Of a DNA stretch of 64,000 nucleotides, positions 18,245 through 27,963 are shown one piece after another. Under the pieces are notes generated by a model. The model did no database searches. It was not told the origin of the DNA and saw only the letters and a list, made by a program, of their open reading frames with translations. The stretch is from Acidimicrobiales bacterium (GTDB lineage: Bacteria; Actinomycetota; Acidimicrobiia; Acidimicrobiales; DATDAH01), in NCBI GenBank assembly GCA_036525535.1, contig DATDAH010000244.1:4698-68697 (forward strand), in the 5' to 3' direction. The first letter of the stretch is position 1; each line of letters starts with the position of its first letter. A program made the position numbers and the translations under genes.

Positions 18245-19372
18245 TCAGCCGCCGTCGAAGACGGGTTCGGCGGGGAGGCCGAGGACGCGCTCGCCGATGA
18301 TGTTGCGCTGGACCTCGGCGGTGCCACCGCCGATGGTGAGGGCCGGGCCGAAGAGGAACCCGTAGCGCCACATGTCGGGCGGGCCGTCGAAGGGCCCGGT
18401 CTCGGCCAGCATCCCACCGGCGCCGGCCAGGTCGAGGGCCAGGCCCATGAGGCGCTGGCCGTGCTCGTCGGCGAAGACCTTGCGGATCGACGCCTCCGGG
18501 CCGGGCTGGGTGCCGTGGATGGCGGCGGTCACCGTGCGCAGACGCAGCAGGCGGAGGAGCTCTCCTTCGATGTGGACCTGGACGAGGCGCTGCCGCAGGC
18601 CCGCGTCGCGGATGCCTCGAGCCTGGGCCAGGGCCACCAGGTCCGAGGCCGAGGGCCCCCGCCCCCAGAGCGCTCCACCGCTGGAGAGCGAGACCCGCTC
18701 GTTGGCCAAGGTGACCTTGGCCAGGTCCCACCCCCGGTTCTCCTCCCCCACCAGGTTCTCGGCCGGGATGCGGACCTCGTCGAGGAAGACCTCGTTGAAG
18801 AGGTGGGCCCCGGTCATCTCGACGATGGGCCGGACGTCGACGCCGGGGGCGTCCATCGGACAGATGAAGTACGAGATCCCTCGCTGCTTGGGAGCGTCGG
18901 GATCGGTGCGGGCGATCAGGATCCCGAACTTGGAGACGTGGGCGATCGAGGTCCAGACCTTCTGGCCGTTGATCACGTACGAGTCGCCGTCCTTGACGGC
19001 CGTGGTCCGCAGCGACGCCAGGTCGGATCCGGCCCCCGGCTCGCTGAACAGCTGGCACCAGAACTCCGCGCCCGAGAGGATCGGGAGCAGGTAGCGGTCC
19101 TTCTGCGCCGGGGTCCCGGCGGCCAGGAGGGTCGGCCCCGCCCACCCGATGCCGATCTGGTTCGGCGGGCGGTGGACCCCGGCGGCGGCCAGCTCCTCGT
19201 CGATCAGGATCTGCTCGATCGGATCGGCCTCGAGGCCCCACGGCTTCGGCCAGTGCGGCGCCACGTACCCCGCCTCGGCCAGGTCGTGGCCCGACGGCGA
19301 GGGGTGGGCGGCCAGCCAGTCCCGCACCGCGATCCGGCGAGGATCGTCGTCGCCGGGCAGGTCGAAGTCCAC
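18245..19372 (-). CDS. acyl-CoA dehydrogenase family protein
   Basis: 375 aa with FSEPGAGSDLASL and the C-terminal GGGTAEVQRNIIGERVLGLP. Confidence 0.85.
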   Translation of the reverse strand: MDFDLPGDDDPRRIAVRDWLAAHPSPSGHDLAEAGYVAPHWPKPWGLEADPIEQILIDEELAAAGVHRPPNQIGIGWAGPTLLAAGTPAQKDRYLLPILSGAEFWCQLFSEPGAGSDLASLRTTAVKDGDSYVINGQKVWTSIAHVSKFGILIARTDPDAPKQRGISYFICPMDAPGVDVRPIVEMTGAHLFNEVFLDEVRIPAENLVGEENRGWDLAKVTLANERVSLSSGGALWGRGPSASDLVALAQARGIRDAGLRQRLVQVHIEGELLRLLRLRTVTAAIHGTQPGPEASIRKVFADEHGQRLMGLALDLAGAGGMLAETGPFDGPPDMWRYGFLFGPALTIGGGTAEVQRNIIGERVLGLPAEPVFDGG

Positions 19373-19437
19373 GGGCGGAACCTAACTCGCCCCTCATAGG
19401 GTAGGAGGAGGGGGCGGGCGCAGAGAAGGGAAGCACC

Positions 19438-20076
19438 ATGGAACCCAGCACCTGGGGCCTCATCGCCGTCGGCGCCGTCGTCGTCCTCCTCCTGTTGCTC
19501 GTGCTCGTCGTCCGAGCCCGTCGCCACCGTCGAGCCGCCGGCCGTTCCGCTGAGCTGAAAGACCGATTCGGGCCCGAGTACGACCGCGCCGTCGAAGACC
19601 GGGGCCGCGACGACGCGGAGGCCGAGTTGGAGGGCCGCGTCGACCGCTACCAGCGGACCGCCACCCGGCCCCTGCCCCGGGAGGAGCGGCGTCGTGCGCT
19701 CCAGCGCTGGGGCGAGCTGCAGGCGGCCTACGTCGATGACCCCCGCGTCGCCATCCAGCGGGCCGAGACCCTGTTCCGCCGCATCCTCGACGAGCGGCAG
19801 ATGCCGGCGGACCGCCTCGACGACCGGGTGACCGCCGCGGCCTTCGTCCGCCCCGGGCTGGCCGACCAGTACCGCCGAGCCCACCAGGTCTTCATCGATG
19901 TCGAGGCCGAGCGCACCGGACCGAGCGACGAGCACGACCAGCGCATGGCCTTCCTCGTCTACCGCGAACTCGTCCTCGAGCACACCCGGGAGCCGTCAGG
20001 CGACCACGTCGAGATCATCGACGAGGTCCGGGTCGTCGCCGACGTCCCCGTCACCTCGGGGCAACCCAACGACTGA
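19438..20076 (+). CDS. membrane-anchored hypothetical protein
   Basis: 212 aa with an N-terminal hydrophobic span (WGLIAVGAVVVLLLLLVLVV), followed by a charged helical region (LKDRFGPEYDRAVEDRG...). No family recognised. Confidence 0.55.
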   Translation: MEPSTWGLIAVGAVVVLLLLLVLVVRARRHRRAAGRSAELKDRFGPEYDRAVEDRGRDDAEAELEGRVDRYQRTATRPLPREERRRALQRWGELQAAYVDDPRVAIQRAETLFRRILDERQMPADRLDDRVTAAAFVRPGLADQYRRAHQVFIDVEAERTGPSDEHDQRMAFLVYRELVLEHTREPSGDHVEIIDEVRVVADVPVTSGQPND

Positions 20077-20129
20077 GCCCGTCGGGGACGCCCTCGTATG
20101 CTGCGCGGGCCGTCGACCCAGGGGGACCC

Positions 20130-21734
20130 ATGCCGGGCTGGAACTTCGCCGATGCGTTCGAGGTGGTGGCCGAGGCGCTGCCCGACGCCACCGCCCAGGT
20201 CCACGGCGACCGCCGCTACTCGTGGCGGGAGTTCGATCGGCGCTCTGACGGCATCGCTTTGGCCCTGCTCGAGGCCGGCGCCGAGCAGCAGGACAAGGTC
20301 GCCCTCTACGTCCACAACGGCCCGGAGTACATGGAGTCCTGCACCGGCGCGTGGAAGGCGGGGCTGGTCCCGGTCAACACCAACTACCGCTACACGGCCG
20401 ACGAGCTGGCCTACCTCTGGGACAACGCCGACGCGGTCGCCGTCGTCTTCCACGGCGCCTTCGCCGAGACGGCCGACGCCGTGCGCGACCGCGTGCCCGT
20501 CCGGACCTGGCTCTGGGTGGACGACGGCACCGGGCCCTGCCCGGAGTGGGCCACGCCGTACGAGGAGGCGGCCGACCTGGCGTCGGAGCGCACCGTGGCC
20601 CGCTGGGGCCGGACCGGCGACGACCTCCTCATGCTCTACACCGGCGGCACCACCGGCATGCCCAAGGGCGTCATGTGGCGCCAGCACGACCTCTTCCTCG
20701 CCTACGCCCACGCCGTCGCCCCGCAATACGACGACGAGCAGGATCTGGACCTCATGCGCCAGTCGCTCACGAAGCCGGGGCCCGTCCACGTACCCGCCTG
20801 CCCACTCATGCATGGCACCGGCTGGTTCACCGCGCTGATGGCGATGATGACGGGGGGCAGCGTCGTCACGCTCACCGGCGCGTCGTTCGACGCCGTGGAG
20901 CTCTTCGACGCCGTCGAGCGCGAGGGGGTCAACATGATGGCGATCGTCGGCGACGCCTTCGCCAAGCCGATGGTCCGGGCGTTGGATGCCGCGCCCGGTC
21001 GGTGGGACCTGTCGAGCCTCGTGGCCGTCATCTCGTCGGGCGTCATGTGGAGCGAGGCCAGCAAGGAGGCACTGCTCGCCCACCACCCCGGGATGCTCCT
21101 GCAGGACGCGTTCTCGTCGTCGGAGGCGCTGAACATGGGCGGATCCATCTCCAGCGCGGGCTCGGCGGCGACGACAGCCAAGTTCACGCTCGGCCCCAAC
21201 GCCGTGGTCGTCGGCGACGACGGCACGCCCGTCCAGCCCGGCTCGGGCGAGATCGGGCGGGTGGCCGTCGGCGGGTTCGTCCCCGTCGGGTACTACAAGG
21301 ACCCCGAGAAGTCGGCCGCCACCTTCATCGAGATCGACGGCAAGCGGTACTCGATGCCCGGTGACTACGCCACGGTCGAGGTCGACGGCTCGCTCAGCCT
21401 CCTCGGCCGGGGCTCGGTCTGCATCAACACGGGGGGTGAGAAGGTCTTCCCCGAAGAGGTCGAGGAGGCTCTGAAGTCCCATCCGGCGATCGTCGACGCC
21501 GTCGCTGTGGGCGTCCCCGACGAGAAGTTCGGGGAGGCGGTGACGGCCGTCGTCGAGCCCGACCTGGACGCCCTGATCGACGAAGCCGAGGTCATCGCCC
21601 ACGTGAAGGAGACCCTCGCCGCCTACAAGGCGCCCAAGCGGGTCCTGACCATCGACACCATCGGCCGCGGCCCCAACGGCAAGGTCGACTACAAGCGGCT
21701 GCGGGCCTACGCCGAGGTGCAGGTGAACGGCTGA
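20130..21734 (+). CDS. acyl-CoA synthetase / AMP-dependent ligase (FadD-like)
   Basis: 534 aa with the AMP-binding motif LMLYTGGTTGMPKGV and C-terminal GKVDYKRL. Confidence 0.85.
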   Translation: MPGWNFADAFEVVAEALPDATAQVHGDRRYSWREFDRRSDGIALALLEAGAEQQDKVALYVHNGPEYMESCTGAWKAGLVPVNTNYRYTADELAYLWDNADAVAVVFHGAFAETADAVRDRVPVRTWLWVDDGTGPCPEWATPYEEAADLASERTVARWGRTGDDLLMLYTGGTTGMPKGVMWRQHDLFLAYAHAVAPQYDDEQDLDLMRQSLTKPGPVHVPACPLMHGTGWFTALMAMMTGGSVVTLTGASFDAVELFDAVEREGVNMMAIVGDAFAKPMVRALDAAPGRWDLSSLVAVISSGVMWSEASKEALLAHHPGMLLQDAFSSSEALNMGGSISSAGSAATTAKFTLGPNAVVVGDDGTPVQPGSGEIGRVAVGGFVPVGYYKDPEKSAATFIEIDGKRYSMPGDYATVEVDGSLSLLGRGSVCINTGGEKVFPEEVEEALKSHPAIVDAVAVGVPDEKFGEAVTAVVEPDLDALIDEAEVIAHVKETLAAYKAPKRVLTIDTIGRGPNGKVDYKRLRAYAEVQVNG

Positions 21735-21756
21735 CCCACCTCGTTACCGTCTTCGG

Positions 21757-23178
21757 GTGCCCAGGACCCGGAGACGTCGTCGTTCCCTGGGCCCCCGTCT
21801 CGCCGTCACCCTCAACGTGGCCCTCGTCTTCGGCCTGCTCACGGCCGTGGGGGGCACGGGCTTCCTGTACCTGAAGCTCGACAAGATCCCTCGGCTCGAG
21901 CTCGGCGCCACCCTGGACGAGGCGCCGGGCGGCAATTCGGCCCAGAACTACCTGCTGGTCGGCACCGACAGCGCCGATCGTCTCGACCCCAACGACCCCG
22001 TCACCAACGGGCGCGAGGACCTCGGTGTCCTGTCGGACACGATCATGCTGCTGCGGGTCGACCCTGACGAGCCCCAGGCCCAGCTGCTGAGCTTTCCTCG
22101 CGACCTGTTCGTCTCCTTTCCCGGTGGGGGCGAAGGCAAGATCAACTCGGCTCTGGCCGTGGGCGGCCAGGAGGCCCTGATCGGCACGATCCAGGAGACC
22201 TTCGGCGTCCCGGTCCACCACTACCTCCAGGTCGACTTCCTCGGCTTCAAGGAACTGGTCCGGGCCATCGACGGGGTGCCGTTCTTCTTCAGCACCCCGG
22301 TGCGGGACACGACGACCGGCCTGTTCGTCGGCCACGGGGGCTGCAACACGCTGGGGCCGGACCAAGCCCTGGCCTACGCCCGGTCCCGCCACCTCGAGAC
22401 CCTCCAGAACGGCGAGTGGGTCACCGACTTCACCGCCGACCTGGGCCGCATCTCCCGCCAGCAGGACTTCATCCGCCGGGCGATCGCCCGCACGGTGACC
22501 CAGGGGGTGGCCAACCCGCTCCTCCTCGGGGACGTGTTCGACGTGGCCACCGACGCCGTGCAGATGGACAGCGACCTGGCCGTCGGCGACTTCGTGCAGC
22601 TGGGCCGCAAGTTCCGCGGGTTCAACGACTCGACGCTGCAGACCCTGACGCTGGACGTGACCAACGACAGCGTGAACGGGTCGTCCATCCTCCGGCTGCA
22701 GGACACCGCGGCCAACGACCGTCGCATCGGCATCTTCCGGGGCCAGGGTGGGGCCGGGGCCGACCAGGCGCCCACGATCAGCGTCGTGGTCCACAACGGC
22801 ACCGGTACCGACGGCCAGGCGGGCGAAGGGGCCGAGGGCCTCGACCGGCTGGGGTTCGACACCTCGCCGGGTACCGGCGACGCCGAGAACAGCGATTTCG
22901 GCCACAGCGTCGTCCGCTACAGCACCGACGACAACGAGGCCGAAGCCCGCTTCGTGGCCGCCCAGATCGAGGGTGGGGCCGACGTCGAGCAGGTCGACAG
23001 CATCGCCGCCGGGGCGGACGTCGAGGTCGTCACCGGCGCCGACTTCGACGGCATCAGCAGCGACCTCCAGCCTCCACCGCAGCCCCTGGGCGGCGCAGGC
23101 CGAGGCGGGGCCGGTGGTGGCACCGCGCCCGTCGGCCAGGTCCCCAGCGTCGACCCCCCGGAACGCGCCGCCTGCTGA
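21757..23178 (+). CDS. LytR-CpsA-Psr (LCP) family protein with LytR_C-like C-terminal domain
   Basis: Has an N-terminal TM span and the LCP core LLVGTDSADR...SDTIMLLRVDP...LSFPRDLFV...KINSALAVGG. A later repeat reads VVVHNGTGTDGQAG. Confidence 0.85.
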   Translation: MPRTRRRRRSLGPRLAVTLNVALVFGLLTAVGGTGFLYLKLDKIPRLELGATLDEAPGGNSAQNYLLVGTDSADRLDPNDPVTNGREDLGVLSDTIMLLRVDPDEPQAQLLSFPRDLFVSFPGGGEGKINSALAVGGQEALIGTIQETFGVPVHHYLQVDFLGFKELVRAIDGVPFFFSTPVRDTTTGLFVGHGGCNTLGPDQALAYARSRHLETLQNGEWVTDFTADLGRISRQQDFIRRAIARTVTQGVANPLLLGDVFDVATDAVQMDSDLAVGDFVQLGRKFRGFNDSTLQTLTLDVTNDSVNGSSILRLQDTAANDRRIGIFRGQGGAGADQAPTISVVVHNGTGTDGQAGEGAEGLDRLGFDTSPGTGDAENSDFGHSVVRYSTDDNEAEARFVAAQIEGGADVEQVDSIAAGADVEVVTGADFDGISSDLQPPPQPLGGAGRGGAGGGTAPVGQVPSVDPPERAAC

Positions 23179-23255
23179 TCGGTCGGGCCATGCCCCTCGT
23201 CGCCGCCCGCACGGCTCGTGCTGCCTACGGCAGCTTCCGACGAGCTTCTGCTGAG

Positions 23256-23276
23256 CTGCTTCGCTTCGGCTCCGCA
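23256..23276 (+). repeat. dispersed intergenic repeat, copy B (partial)
   Basis: GCTGCTTCGCTTCGGCTCCGC joins block 1 core GCTTCGCTTCG directly to block 2 start GGCTCCGC. The surrounding 60 nt carry five GCTTC pentamers. Confidence 0.5.
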
Positions 23277-23299
23277 GCGTTGCTTCGGGCTGAGGGACG

Positions 23300-24403
23300 T
23301 CAGTCCGGCATCAGATCCAGCGCGTCGAGGTCGAGGATGGCGCTGGCGGACCGGGTGAGCATGGCCTCGAAGAGGGCGCGGGCCCGGTCGTTGACCAGGT
23401 CCAGGGCACCGGCGTTGAGCGGGTAGCAGGCGCAGAAGAGGATGCCCAGGCGGTAGTCGTCCCAGCACTGCTCGTAGCTGTAGTCCTCTACCCCGCCCGC
23501 CTTGAGGGCCTGGTGATAGGCCCGCAGCACCTGCTCGTCGGCCCCCTTGCGGTCCTCGGGGCTGAGGCTCTGGCTCATGAAGTAGGCGATGTCGTAGGGC
23601 GCCCGGCCCAGGCCGCAGATCTGCCAGTCGACGGCCACCACCGGATCCTCGGCGCCGGGATCGAAGAAGAGGTTGTCCAACCGGTAGTCCCCGTGGAGCA
23701 GGGTCATCGGGGGCTCGGACAGGCGCTCCAGCAGCTCGACGCACACGTCGGGCATGCGCCGGGCGGCGTCGAGCATCGGCCCCGGCAGGAGGTGGGCGAA
23801 CTCCGACTCGATCAGGGGCCAGGACTGGCGCAGGGTCGGCGGCAGGGCCTGCGGGTTGGGCGGGTCACAGGTCCGCACCGTCCAGTCGGCGTCGATGATG
23901 TCGCTGTCGTTCCAGTACCAGGCGTGGTGGGCGGCCAGCTCCTTGGCCGCGATCAGCGCCTGCTCCACCGAGCAGCCGTCGAGCTGGTCGAACTGGGTCC
24001 GGTCCCCGAGGTCCTCCAGCAGGAGCAGGAAGTCCTTCGTGGAGGTGTCGTAGCCGGAGGCATAGAGCGCGGCGGTGCCCAGCGGGGTCCGCGGCCCGGC
24101 GTCGCGGTAGAAGTTCACCTCGCGCCCGTAGAAGTTGAAGGCGTCGGCGGTCTGCCGGGCGCCGGCGACGGTGTGGGGGAGCTTGAGGACGGCGGTGGCC
24201 GGTCCCTCACCCCCGTCGTAGGCCAGCTCCACCCGCCAGAGCAGGGACAGGATCCCCATGCCGACGCCGATCGGGGTGGCGGACGCCGCGGTGACCGTCG
24301 TGCTCTGGTCGATGGTGCCCGACGAGCGCAGCGCAGCCGTGTACCAGTCCGGCGTCAACTCGTCCGGCGACGCCGGGTACCCCAGATCCGCGGAATCCCC
24401 CAT
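23300..24403 (-). CDS. phosphotransferase (APH/choline-kinase-like) family protein
   Basis: 367 aa with the catalytic loop LLHGDYRLDNLFF and the DWQICGLG motif. Confidence 0.8.
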   Translation of the reverse strand: MGDSADLGYPASPDELTPDWYTAALRSSGTIDQSTTVTAASATPIGVGMGILSLLWRVELAYDGGEGPATAVLKLPHTVAGARQTADAFNFYGREVNFYRDAGPRTPLGTAALYASGYDTSTKDFLLLLEDLGDRTQFDQLDGCSVEQALIAAKELAAHHAWYWNDSDIIDADWTVRTCDPPNPQALPPTLRQSWPLIESEFAHLLPGPMLDAARRMPDVCVELLERLSEPPMTLLHGDYRLDNLFFDPGAEDPVVAVDWQICGLGRAPYDIAYFMSQSLSPEDRKGADEQVLRAYHQALKAGGVEDYSYEQCWDDYRLGILFCACYPLNAGALDLVNDRARALFEAMLTRSASAILDLDALDLMPD

Positions 24404-24487
24404 GGCCCTCTCCCCCGGTCGAACCGTGGCCGCAGCGTAGTGGGGGGATTTCTGACGGCCGGGTGGACGTCAGTACCGTTCGACGCC

Positions 24488-25387
24488 ATGGCTGACATCG
24501 GGTTCGACGGGAAGGTCGCGATCATCACCGGGGCGGGCGGAGGGCTCGGCTTCGAGCACGCCAAGCTGCTGGCCTCCCGGGGCGCGCAGATCGTCATCAA
24601 CGACCTCGGCGGATCGGTCTCCGGCGAGGGCGGCGACGAGAGCGCGGCGGAGTCGGCGGCCCGTCAGATCGAGGAGCTGGGCGGCGTCGCCGTGGCCAAC
24701 CACGACAGCGTGGCCACGCCCGAGGGCGGCGAGTCCATCGTGAACACGGCCATCGAGGCCTTCGGCCGGGTCGACATCGTGATCAACAACGCCGGGATCC
24801 TGCGGGACAAGGCGTTCCACAACATGACGCCCGACCTGGTCGACCCCGTCATCGACGTCCACCTGCGGGGGGCGTTCAACGTGACCCGGCCGGCGTGGAT
24901 CAAGATGCGGGAGCAGGGCTACGGCCGGGTGGTCAACACCGCGTCGACAGCCGGCATCATCGGCAACTTCGGCCAGGCCAACTACGGCGCGGCGAAGATG
25001 GGCCTCGTCGGCTTCACCCGGGTCCTCGCCGCCGAGGGCGCCCGCAGCAACATCAAGGCCAACGCCATCGCCCCGATCGCCAAGACCCGGATGACCGAGG
25101 ACCTGCTCGGGCCGATGGGCGACAACCTCGCCCCCGAGCTCATCTCCCCCGTGGTGGCCTGGCTGGCCCACGAGGACTGTCCCGTCACCGGCGAGATCTA
25201 CTCGTGTGGCGGCGGCATGGTCGCCCGCTTCTTCATCGGCCTGACCACTGGTATCTACGACCCCGAGCTGACCCTCGAAGGCATGCGCGATCAGTTCGAC
25301 ACGATCCGGGACGAGGACGGCTACATGGTCCCCACGGAGACCGGCGACGAGCTCCGCAAGCTGCTGGCCTACTTCAAAGGCGACTGA
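24488..25387 (+). CDS. SDR family oxidoreductase (MFE-2-type dehydrogenase-like, paralog of 11850-12752)
   Basis: The start is trimmed to MADIGFDGKVAIITGAGGGLG. It also contains NNAGILRD and NYGAAKMG. Confidence 0.8.
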   Translation: MADIGFDGKVAIITGAGGGLGFEHAKLLASRGAQIVINDLGGSVSGEGGDESAAESAARQIEELGGVAVANHDSVATPEGGESIVNTAIEAFGRVDIVINNAGILRDKAFHNMTPDLVDPVIDVHLRGAFNVTRPAWIKMREQGYGRVVNTASTAGIIGNFGQANYGAAKMGLVGFTRVLAAEGARSNIKANAIAPIAKTRMTEDLLGPMGDNLAPELISPVVAWLAHEDCPVTGEIYSCGGGMVARFFIGLTTGIYDPELTLEGMRDQFDTIRDEDGYMVPTETGDELRKLLAYFKGD

Positions 25388-25433
25388 TTGGCAATAGGCC
25401 TAATGGCCCACGCGGCGGGGCCGATGGAGGGGC

Positions 25434-25877
25434 GTGGAAGCCGCCGCTCTAGCGCCCGACCGCCTCGACGCGGTCCTGGCCACCCTCCCCCCTGACTGGG
25501 CGGTGGCCCAACTGGGTCGCGACCGCTTCGTGGCGGGCCCGGCCGGGGCCTTCGTCCTGCGGCCCTCGACCGGCGAGCACCACCGCGATGCCCGGCGGGT
25601 CACCCAGATCGCGCGGGCCACTCGCACCGGACTCAGCGACCACCTTGCCTGGATCCCGGTCATCGACGCCCTCGTGGTCACCCCGGAACGCATCCGCGAG
25701 CCCGTGGGTGCCACCGTCATCCCGGTCGGCATGGTCACCTCGCTGCTCCTCGAGGGGATGCAGCCCCTCGACCAGGAGACGCTGCGCCGCATCACCGGCC
25801 TCATGGTCGAGCGCCGCCTCACCCCCGAGTGGATTCCCTCCGCCCCCCAACCGAGCACGGTCCTGGCTCCTGATTGA
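25434..25877 (+). CDS. hypothetical protein, weak NERD-like pattern
   Basis: 147 aa. The segment RFVAGPAGAFVLRPS...ARATRTGLSDHLAWIPVIDALVV loosely resembles nuclease-related-domain proteins. The assignment is tentative. Confidence 0.45.
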   Translation: MEAAALAPDRLDAVLATLPPDWAVAQLGRDRFVAGPAGAFVLRPSTGEHHRDARRVTQIARATRTGLSDHLAWIPVIDALVVTPERIREPVGATVIPVGMVTSLLLEGMQPLDQETLRRITGLMVERRLTPEWIPSAPQPSTVLAPD

Positions 25878-25927
25878 GGCGCCCCGGGGTCACCGAGGCT
25901 GTCAGTGGGGGTGCGTAGGCTTCGGTC

Positions 25928-26779
25928 ATGGCATTGGAACCCCCAACCGGGCTCTCCCCCTCCCGGGTCTCGTCCTTCCAGGACTGCGCGCTGGCGTTCC
26001 GGTTCTCGGCCATCGACCACCTGCCCGAGCCCTCCTCGCTGCCCGCCGTGCGGGGCACGTTGGTCCACGCCGCGCTCGAGCGGCTCTTCGACCTCACCCC
26101 GGCCGAGCGCACCCCCGAGCGGGCCACGGCCTGCCTGACCGAGGCCCACGCCGTCATCCAGGCCGACCCCGAGTACCTCGGCCTCGGCCTCGACGACGAA
26201 GGTGACCTCGCCCTGCGGGTCCGGTCCCAGGAGCTGCTGGACAACTACTTCCGTCTCGAGGACCCGGCCACCATCACCCCCATCGGCCTCGAGCTGCGGC
26301 TGGAGGCCCCCCTCGGCGATCTCAACCTGCGGGGCATCATCGACCGCCTCGAACTGGACGCCGAGGGCGGCCTGGTCGTCACCGACTACAAGACCGGGGC
26401 CGCCCCCCGCCAGCAGTTCGAACAGGGCCGTCTCGGCGGGGTCCACTTCTACGCCTTTCTCTGCGAGGAGGTGTTCGGGCAACGGCCGGCGAAGGTCCAA
26501 CTCCTCTACTTGGCCGACCCCGTGGCCATCGTGGCCGAGCCCACCGATCAGGCCAGTCGCGGCCTACGCCGCAAGCTGACGGCGGTCTGGGCGGCCATCG
26601 AGCGGTCCTGTGAACGCGAGGACTTCCGGCCCCGACCCTCCAAGCTGTGTGACTGGTGCGCCTTCCAGACCCACTGCCCGGCCTTCGGGGGCGACCCCGA
26701 CGCGGCCCGTCGGGACGCGGCGGCGACGGCCCTGAAGGCGACGCCGATCGACCTGAGGCCGGTCGCCCTAGCGGGGTGA
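25928..26779 (+). CDS. PD-(D/E)XK nuclease family protein (RecB/Cas4-like with Cys cluster)
   Basis: 283 aa with the nuclease core [21 protein letters not shown]. One N-terminal Cys (FQDCALAF) plus the C-terminal [10 protein letters not shown] fit a Cas4/AddB-type 4-Cys arrangement. Confidence 0.8.
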   Translation: MALEPPTGLSPSRVSSFQDCALAFRFSAIDHLPEPSSLPAVRGTLVHAALERLFDLTPAERTPERATACLTEAHAVIQADPEYLGLGLDDEGDLALRVRSQELLDNYFRLEDPATITPIGLELRLEAPLGDLNLRGIIDRLELDAEGGLVVTDYKTGAAPRQQFEQGRLGGVHFYAFLCEEVFGQRPAKVQLLYLADPVAIVAEPTDQASRGLRRKLTAVWAAIERSCEREDFRPRPSKLCDWCAFQTHCPAFGGDPDAARRDAAATALKATPIDLRPVALAG

Positions 26780-27333
26780 CCCCCGGTGAACGCGTGGCGG
26801 CGCTGGACGACGCCGTCGACGAGGCCTTCGACCACCTACGGGGCAACCCCATCGCCGACCGCGTCTTCTACACGGCCTCCAGCCTGGGTGACTTCAGCCT
26901 CCTGTGGGGCTTGGTGGGCTCGCTTCGAGGCCTGCGCTCGGAGCGGGACGCCGATGCCGCCGTCCGCCTGCTGGTCTGCCTCGCCGTCGAGTCGGCGCTG
27001 GTCAACGGGCTGGTCAAGTCCTTGCTCCCCCGGGCCCGGCCCGTCCACGACCGCGACCACCCCCACCCCCTGCGCACGCCGAGGACGGCCAGCTTCCCGT
27101 CGGGCCACGCCAGCGCCGGGTTCACCGCGGCCACCCTCCTCGCTGACGGCCAGAAGGCCCCGTGGCGCTTCGGCTGGTTCGGCCTGGCCGCGGTGGTGGC
27201 CTCCAGCCGCATCCACACCCGGGCCCACCACGCCTCCGACGTCCTGGCCGGTGCCGTTCTCGGCCTGGTGCTGGGCCGTGCGGCCAAGCGGGTGTGGCCG
27301 CTGGCGGAACACTCCGGTGACCCGAAGGGTTGA
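26776..27333 (+). CDS. PAP2 superfamily phosphatase
   Basis: GTG at 26776 overlaps the nuclease stop (GTGA). All three PAP2 motifs are present: [16 protein letters not shown] and [12 protein letters not shown]. Confidence 0.8.
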   Translation: MTPGERVAALDDAVDEAFDHLRGNPIADRVFYTASSLGDFSLLWGLVGSLRGLRSERDADAAVRLLVCLAVESALVNGLVKSLLPRARPVHDRDHPHPLRTPRTASFPSGHASAGFTAATLLADGQKAPWRFGWFGLAAVVASSRIHTRAHHASDVLAGAVLGLVLGRAAKRVWPLAEHSGDPKG

Positions 27334-27340
27334 TCCATCC

Positions 27341-27937
27341 ATGAGCACCTCCTTCGCCGTCACCTGGGACTATCGCTGCCCCTTCGCCCGCATCGGCCAT
27401 CAGCACGTGCTCGCCGGCGTGCGCGACGGCGCCGACTGGGACGTGCACTTCGTGCCCTTCAGCCTCGGCCAGATGCACGTCGAGGAGGGCCAGCCCGACG
27501 TCTGGGACAAGCCGGCCAACGAGTCCGGGCTACTCGCCCTCCAGGTGGGCACGGTGGTCCGCGACCATTTCCCCGATCAGTTCCCGGCGGTTCACCTCGG
27601 CCTCTTCGACGCCCGTCACGTGGATGCCCTCGACCTCCGCGAGCGAGACGTTCTGGGCGGGATCCTCGACGCCAACGGCGTCCCCCGCGCCGCGGTGTTC
27701 GACGAGATCGACGGCGGAGGTCCGCTCGACGTGGTCCGGAAGGAGCACGAGGCCGCGGTGGCCGAGAGCAACGTGTGGGGCGTGCCCACCTTCGTGCAGG
27801 GCGATCGGGCGGTGTTCATCCGCCTGATGAACAGTCCGACCGACGACGCTGACGGCCACGCCACCGTCGACCGGGTGCTCGACCTCCTGGCCTGGACCGA
27901 CCTGAACGAGTTCAAGGCCACCTCGATACCGAGGTGA
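27341..27937 (+). CDS. DsbA-like thioredoxin-fold protein
   Basis: 198 aa from MSTSFAVTWDYRCPFARIGH..., with C-terminal WGVPTFV. This is the DsbA/HCCA-isomerase-like pattern with a single Cys. Confidence 0.6.
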   Translation: MSTSFAVTWDYRCPFARIGHQHVLAGVRDGADWDVHFVPFSLGQMHVEEGQPDVWDKPANESGLLALQVGTVVRDHFPDQFPAVHLGLFDARHVDALDLRERDVLGGILDANGVPRAAVFDEIDGGGPLDVVRKEHEAAVAESNVWGVPTFVQGDRAVFIRLMNSPTDDADGHATVDRVLDLLAWTDLNEFKATSIPR

Positions 27938-27963
27938 ACCGGGGGCGCCGGTAGCGTCGGGTC

